From Paraspadella gotoi (Eukaryota; Animalia; Chaetognatha), in contig CM119263.1 of the NCBI GenBank assembly GCA_051294375.1, positions 20,116,115-20,180,114 of the forward strand: a DNA stretch of 64,000 bases, read 5' to 3'. Under the pieces are notes generated by a model. The model made no database searches and was not told the DNA's origin. It was given only the letters and a program-made list of their open reading frames with translations. Each line of letters begins with the position of its first letter. Positions within the stretch are counted from its first letter, which is position 1. Below are positions 1 through 64,000 of this stretch, piece after piece. A program made the translations under genes and the position numbers.

Positions 1-3000
1 AAGACGCTGCCGATGTGAGCCGCGTAGTCGACGCAGAGTCCGATGGCGAGCGTCATGCAGGTCCCCGTCACGGCCTCGATGGTCACGTCCCAGTAAAACA
101 AGACCCCACCTCAAACGGATTATTTTACGTAGTTTATAAATTTGTATTCAATGTGTATTCAATATTTTGGGAATAATCAAATTGATCAAATCAATTTATT
201 TACTAATCAAATTTGTCGAATCAACAATGAAATAAGCTAATAAATAATTAATAAACTAATCAATCAAACAATCAATCAGCCAATAAATTTAATTTCATCA
301 ATCAATCTATACGACTCACCCACGTCGACGAGCGTGAAGAGAACGCAGACGACGACGTAGACGCAGGTCAAGGGACTCGCGATGAAGACGAGCGTCGCCA
401 CGAAGACGCAGGCGAGGGCGATGAGACAGTTTCGGATCAGCTCCTCGCCGATGATCTAAACCAGGAGGATGCATACGTTCGTATCGTTCCAACTTTCAAG
501 ACCAATTCTCATAAATCTTTATATAAAGTCTCTTTCCCGACCAAATTGAAATCGAAAATATCATTTTGAAACTTACTTCGTTCGCTGTCCAAGGATTGTA
601 AATGATGGCGTAAGGAAAAGCCTTTTCTAGGGGTTTATTCATGACGAGAGGAACGAGTCTCTTTAACTCGTTCATCCCTCGAATCTCAGAAGACGCTCCG
701 TCGTAGTCGATGTGCTGAAACTTTACCCGAGATGCCGTCACTGTGCAATTGCTGGATAAAGTCGAGCGAATTTATTATTACGTAAATACCTAAAACCGTG
801 TGATAAAGATCTAAAAATACGTCCGGCTCCTTCGCCAAACTTACTCATCGGCCAGAATGACGTCGCCCGAATATCTGACTCCGGCGGAGCTCTGCAAAAA
901 AACGGTGACGTTTTGACAAAGTCCGGATCGCTCGAAGCTTCGTCTCCCGTTCCATTCGTGAAAAGCGGAAAACCAGCTCTCCACGGTACCGTTCTGGAGG
1001 AACGAAACAAAGAACAGTTATGTGTAATTACAATATTTTTCGTTTGACTACTTACTATCTAGAAAAAAAGTATATGACGTAATTCATTTATTCAATAAAA
1101 AGTATATAAAACAAGGGTAAAACATCATGCTAACCTTCTCAATATTTGGTATACCCTTCCTCGGCATCAACTACTGCCTTCCTTTGTCTGGGAATGCTCT
1201 TATACAGAAAATTGAGGTATGACAGTGAAATGTTTTTTGACATCTTTAACGCAATTCTGCGCAGCCCCGATATTAATGTTGCGCATCTTTCCCTCTTTTC
1301 TGAGAGCTATAATAATACTTTTTTGAACCAGAAAGAGGTGCAAGGCCTTTAGCATTGCCAAATTAAAAAAATTATAAAAAAATAACGAACTCTATTTAAA
1401 ATAAAAACAAATAACTAAATACCAAAAATTGTGGAAAATTAAATCCTTTTTTTTTCGCCATTTTTCATTTGAAGTAACAATATTTTTTTGCCTGTAACTT
1501 CTAAACGATTTGACCTACAAAAAAATAGAAGGAAATTCAATATAGATTCCGAAAGGTTCTGATTTTTTTTAAAGTTAAATAAGTTTTCGAGTAGATATCT
1601 TTTATTAAAAATGTCATATACTTTTTTTCCTAGATAGTATATACAACATTTTCGTCGCGGGACCTTAACTTCGCCGCTTCCTTCCAACTGATCGACGAGG
1701 CGTTGGAGTGACTCTTGATCTTTGAAGAGGTCGTCGTGAACGATGTAGACAAATCCGAATTCGCCGGAAGAAGGGAAGAATTTCTTGAGCGACTTCGAGT
1801 ATTGGGACGTTGGGGTGTCGGCTGGAATAGGAAGATTGCGGAAGGTAGAATGTAAAAATGAAGACGGACAATTGACGGCGCACTGTTCATGAATAAACCT
1901 ACTCGCCAAATAAACCATAGGATCGAAATCTTGTTCGATTGATAGAACTCCGTAAAGTCCCCCGGCGAAGAGGCCCAAAGTAATTAGAATGAGAACCGGT
2001 TTCACGAATTTGTGCAAGATGACTTTGGCCAAGACTTCTTCAAAGAATCTCTGAAGGAATCGCTTTTTGCTGAAACTGTTCTGCAGGAGGCAGAAAAAGA
2101 GACATTGACTTCTTCGACAGCAATGATCAAATTCTCATCTTTATTTACCGGTTTGTAATTTTCGGGCAGGGCGAGACACGGAAGGCAGGCGTCACGGTTC
2201 TTAGACGCGCGAGTGATGTCGAGACAAAGAAACGAAGCGAAAAACGTTGTCTGAGGTAGCAATAAGTTTTACGATGATTTCAGTTTGACTTTTAGTTTAT
2301 TTATTTCACGTTTAAGATTTCCAGTTCAAATAAAACATTTAAAAAGACCTGCAAAAGGTAAATCCACAAAATCCCCAAAGCGGCGAAAAAACAAAAGGAT
2401 CTCATCGTGGGGAGAATCGAGGTGGCGCTGATGGCGAAAACGATGAAATCCGTTATTGAAGTCACCTTAAAAACAAAAGTCATTGATTGAAAATAATGAA
2501 TGAAATATATTAAATAAAACGTCGTATGTTCCTCCAAAAATAGACTAAAACTTGCCTTATTTGTGAACTTTTTTGACGCAGAATACTACATCCGTACATA
2601 CTTTGCTCAATGCAGTACTAAATCATCCACATTCACAATCAACAATCCACAATCAACAATCTACATTCCCCTTTTCTCTCCGGCAATCTTAACCTCGCCT
2701 CCCACCCCACGTGCCCTCCACCCAACCGTAATAGCGGCGCCTGCGTGTCGCATCGTCTCGGCCATGAGGACGGGCGGTTTGGCGGAGGCGCGGAGGGTGG
2801 GCTCGAGGTTGTCGAATCCCTGGACGATGATAAAGGCGTCGTCGATGCCGATGCCGAGGAGGAGGAAAGGGAGGATGGAATGGACGGGACCGTAGAAGAG
2901 GCCGAAGGCGGACGCCATGCCGTACGAACTGAAGACAGATGTGTGTTCAGTGAATTTATGAATATACTATTTAGTTCAAACTATTCAGTGATATTATTCA

Positions 3001-5685
3001 ACGTTTCATCCACCAAACCAAGGATTTAGTCATACGTTTACTTTTCCATCCATTCTTTTATTCATGCATCGATCTTTTCATTAATTTATGTATTCATTCG
3101 TCCGTCAATCTATCAACAAATGACTGAATAAATCAATGAATCGATCCATTTTTCCAACCGTCAATTCATCATTCATCCATCCAATCCATCCACCTTCCAA
3201 TTCCGAATCCGACCGCCAGCACGGCGACGAACGCGATCCATATTCTGTGGGCGTGGCGATTGAATTCGCCCAACATGACGGCGACGTAGGCGATGATGAA
3301 GACGAAGCCGATGAAGAGGACGGCGAGATCAGAGTCCACCGTCTCGTCGAAGTCGCGCTCGTTGATCCACGTGTTGAAGGCGTGGACTTTGGCGAGATCC
3401 TTTCTGTGTCGGGGGAAGATGACGGGAAAGAGATAAAATTGTTTAGTAATCATAACTATTTAACGTTTAATAGTTTCGGGTGTATTTTTAATAACATGGC
3501 CGGTCCAAAGTAAGCTTATTTATTAAATGAGTGGAAAATTTTCATATTGGTTTTACCAATTTGATAGCCTCAGTGAATCAACGCCATAGATTAAACAAAA
3601 GGAGCATTCGCTTTTTTCCCAAGCCTGTTGCGCTAATTACACATTTTTCTTTCGAAACGTTATCGGAAATCAACAACTCTTTGGGGTGATCGACCACCCT
3701 TTTATTTCCTAAAAGATAGTCCTGATCTTTTCACCTACTTTTCCGGAAGATCGGTGCCGTTGAACTGGGTGACGAAAAGTTTCTCCCAAGTTTCGTAACC
3801 TTTGACGGAACTTATTTTTAGAGTCAGTAGGGTACAACTGGAAAAAAAAGAACCACACGTTAGTATCAACTTTTTAATAATAAACAGAATCCGATGGAAA
3901 TTTAATTTACGTTATGGTTGTTGCCTGTGCAGAAATTATGCGCCCTCCCTCGTACTTGATTCCGCCTTTAAAAGAAAAATATAGATTGAAAATGATAATA
4001 ATTAAGAATAGATATAGCCGATCAAATTTAAATGCTAATGCATACAGCATTAAAATAATCTATCATGAGCATTGTTTATTAATCCTTTCGTTTCGTTGTG
4101 AAGGGTGATTCTGTCAGAAATTCTGATGGTAATAGCCTAATTAAAATTATTATATTACTTTATAATGACATTGTATCGAATTCTTTCATTTCGTTGTGTT
4201 TGAAATTAGTAGGAAATAACGAAATTCGCTAGCAACAACGATAGTTTTTATTCATTTGGGACATGTTTCGATTTGTTTATTTACAAATCGAAACAAGACT
4301 TAAATGAATAAAAACTATCGTAGTTGCTAGCGAATTTCGTTATTTTCTACTATATAACGAAATTTTTTGGGGGGAATCTTAGTTTTCATTGCGGCGGACT
4401 TACCAATCATATTTTTCAGAGCCAGATTTGACTGAATTGCGTTGGAAATTTCCGTTTCCGTCAAATTCTCAATAGTTGATCTTCTCGATTGCCACAGATC
4501 AGAAATGGCCTTTAGGAGACGTTATAAAATAAAATCAAAATTGGTTTTTTTTCCCAATTTAATATTTTTTGGGTGGAATATCTCACCACGCAACCCTGGA
4601 ACCGAAAATCCTTTTCAGCTTCGGTCCCTTCCATGCGACGAGATATATTATAAATTTGATCCACCATGTCCGCTATCATCTTCAAATGCTTGGAATTCAA
4701 AACGTTTCTGCCCTCTTCCGCTTCCAGGAGTACTTGCTGGATTCTGGAATATTGCACACAATGCACTCAAAACAAATAAATGTCTTATAGTTATAATTAT
4801 ACAACATATGATAAATCATATTCAATTTTGATTTCATTTTCTAAAACTTGTTATCACCAAGCCGGGGAAACGCGAGAAACCATAAGGTTAGGTTAGAGTC
4901 CGCTTGACCAACCTGATATTGGACGGGAAGGTCTTCTTGATCCAGTCTGCTTGCCACACGAGGTCCGAACTCTCTGGGACCCAAAGTTTCACGTCATCAG
5001 TTTCCTCATTGAATCGCAAAATCCCGATGATGAAGAGACAAGCGAAGAGGGCGGAACCGGCGATGACCCAGATCGGATGGGAGCCTGTCACGAGGCATCA
5101 GGGGGAACGTTTAATGAGGAAGTGGGGGGGGGTAAGTTTTTCATGACTCAAAATAATGCGGTCTGTCTGTGCTGGGTTATAAAAAAAACCAACAATACGA
5201 TTTACGTGGAATGAGCCACCGGGTCACGACTGAAGGTGTAATGCTTATAGGCGGGGTGAACTTATGTAATGCCCGACTACAGATTGATAGAAAAATTTAA
5301 ATCTTTTTTACGAGAGAAATTTGAAATTTGCACAGTAAACTAGCCGCGGATTAGTAACGCTTTGTTGCTTCAAATCTCATAGTACTAACCGATAAAGAAT
5401 CCAATGTTGTACCAAATTTTTTCCAAGGTTCTGTTGACGGCGTCGCTGCATTTTTTCATGTCTTCGAATAAAGAAAAGAACCAATTTCAAATCAACATTT
5501 TTACTTTCAAACAAATTAAAGTCATAATTATACGCACATGACTTTTGTTTTTTTCCCTCTTCCGACGAAACTTTGCTTCCGTGTTCTCTCTCGTCATTGG
5601 TCTCGTTTTTTTTGTTGTTGTCATCGTCGTCTTCATGAAATCCTTTGTTATTGTGAAACGACGACCTAATCCCATTTGGCGCCAT
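1..5685 (-). CDS. Patched-domain/NPC1-like sterol-sensing RND transporter, multi-exon, 3' end outside the window
   Basis: Probable ATG at 5685. First TM exon ~4911-5086 (HPIWVIAGSALFACLFIIGILRFNEETDDVKLWVPESS). SSD exons 2727-2928 (PFLLLGIGIDDAFIIVQ...AETMRHAGAAIT) and 2349-2465 (VTSITDFIVFAISATSILPTMRSFCFFAALGILWIYLLQ), then TFFASFLCLD, the second-half TM (KPVLILITLGLFAGGLYGVLSIEQDFDP) and C-terminal TM exons at ~320-455 and 1-110. GT-AG boundaries. Confidence 0.9.
1139..1290 (-). mobile_element. Tc1-family transposase C-terminal remnant in an intron
   Basis: Minus strand reads ...KMSKNISLSYLNFLYKSIPRQRKAVVDAEEGYTKY*, matching the typical Tc1 C-terminus (I...L..L..SMP.R..AVI.A.GG.TKY*). No intact ORF or TIRs recognised. 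Confidence 0.6.
4207..4352. repeat. ~145-bp near-perfect fold-back inverted repeat
   Basis: tagtaggaaataacgaaattcgctagcaac...ttttattcattt mirrors aaatgaataaaaactatcgtagttgctagcgaatttcgttattttctacta. The arm contains tcgaaacatgtcc on the minus strand, a motif shared with 30423, 56716 and 59642. Confidence 0.85.
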
Positions 5686-6809
5686 CCACAATACGTTGAC
5701 TTTTTATTGCAGTTTTATTTTTTTTTAATTCCTCTCGACGGTGAGGAAAAGAACATTCGAGAAGAATCAAGTCGGATGACTCGTCAAATTTCGCGTTACT
5801 GAAACCAGCTTTTAATTTTATTAACCTCGACTTTGATTATTCCTTCTTCCTGCACGAAGGTGCGCCCTACTTTTTAAGACCGGATGACGTAGAGTCGTTT
5901 CTTTTCTGGCCGAACCAGCTTTTCTTTAACCCAGGTCAAAATAACTTCTTCATTGTTGCTATGCCAGTTTTAGAAAACAAGAGGCCTTATTTTTCCCCCA
6001 TTTTATTTTGAATTTGGAAGTAAATTAATTTTTACGTAGATTTAAAAGTGATTCGGGATTGAAATAAAGAACAGAAATAGGTCCCTTTGGAAAAAAGAGC
6101 CAACAGGTTTCTCGAGTAACGTTTATATACGACAGTTAAATGACCTTTGTATAACAGGAAGTAAACCGTCGTAATTATTGATCTTTGTTTAAGGGATCAG
6201 GCTTTCGGCTTTTTTTTTTGGTAAATGTACAACTTCACTATTTTAACTAATAATCACAAAGGAACACATAGGGACAGTCCGAATATTAACTATCTTGTTT
6301 TTTGTTTTTTTGATTAATCTCTTCATTCATTCAAAATAGTTAAGTAAGATTCCTTTCCATTGCAGCCTAAATTTATATTATTACAAATCAGGTTTAGAAA
6401 ACGAAAAAAAAGGGGAAAAAGGAAAAAAGGAAAAAAGGAAAACGCAAGAGGTTTTCATTTATCTGGTTTTGCGATCAAAAATTGCGTCGGGGTCGGATTC
6501 GGAAAGCATTGAATTAGATAAGGGAGGGATAAATCAAATCAAAACAAAACAGGCGAAATGGGAAAACGAAGGAGGGAAAACATTTTTAAACAATTCACTG
6601 GTTGACGGTTGGAAGGGGGGGGGGAAAGAAGCGGGGTATAGAAGGAGGTTTCAAGGGGAAAATCGGAGAATCAAAAAAACGAAGCCGAGTTAAAAAATTA
6701 CGTAATGAATTTGATTTGGCTGAAATCATCATGATTGTCTCGGATTTTTTTCTTTTCTTGTTCTTCAATTTTTTTTTTGCGATGCCGGCCGGCCGGTCGG
6801 TTGTTGTCT

Positions 6810-63977
<57,168 letters not shown>

Positions 63978-64000
63978 CTGGATGGAGAAAAGAAACTTGT

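Overview
Eukaryotic (invertebrate animal) genomic DNA with AT-rich introns, GC-rich exons, many (AG/CT)n microsatellites and three N-gaps. Bases 1-5685 hold the 5' part of a minus-strand Patched/NPC1-type sterol-sensing-domain gene. Nearly all the rest (6810/7803 to beyond 63977) is one minus-strand protein kinase D gene (C1a-C1b-PH-kinase) whose exons can be joined in phase. Its introns host six or seven plus-strand genes: a SPMIP1/ATP6V1FNB-like gene, one or two coiled-coil genes, a CARD + coiled-coil gene, a ~2511-aa type I membrane protein of four tandem ependymin/LolA-like modules (7.2-kb first exon), a WD40 gene and a divergent XK-related gene. Main observations: duplicated, apparently mutually exclusive exons for PKD kinase subdomain XI plus an alternative C-terminus; the giant repeat receptor with a GC-AG intron that could switch it between secreted and anchored forms; Penelope-type minimal hammerhead motifs; nested transposon stacks. 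A ~6-kb inverted duplication (19655-25702 vs ~31903-37736) is most likely a gap-filling artefact. All family assignments come from motif recognition by eye, not database searches.
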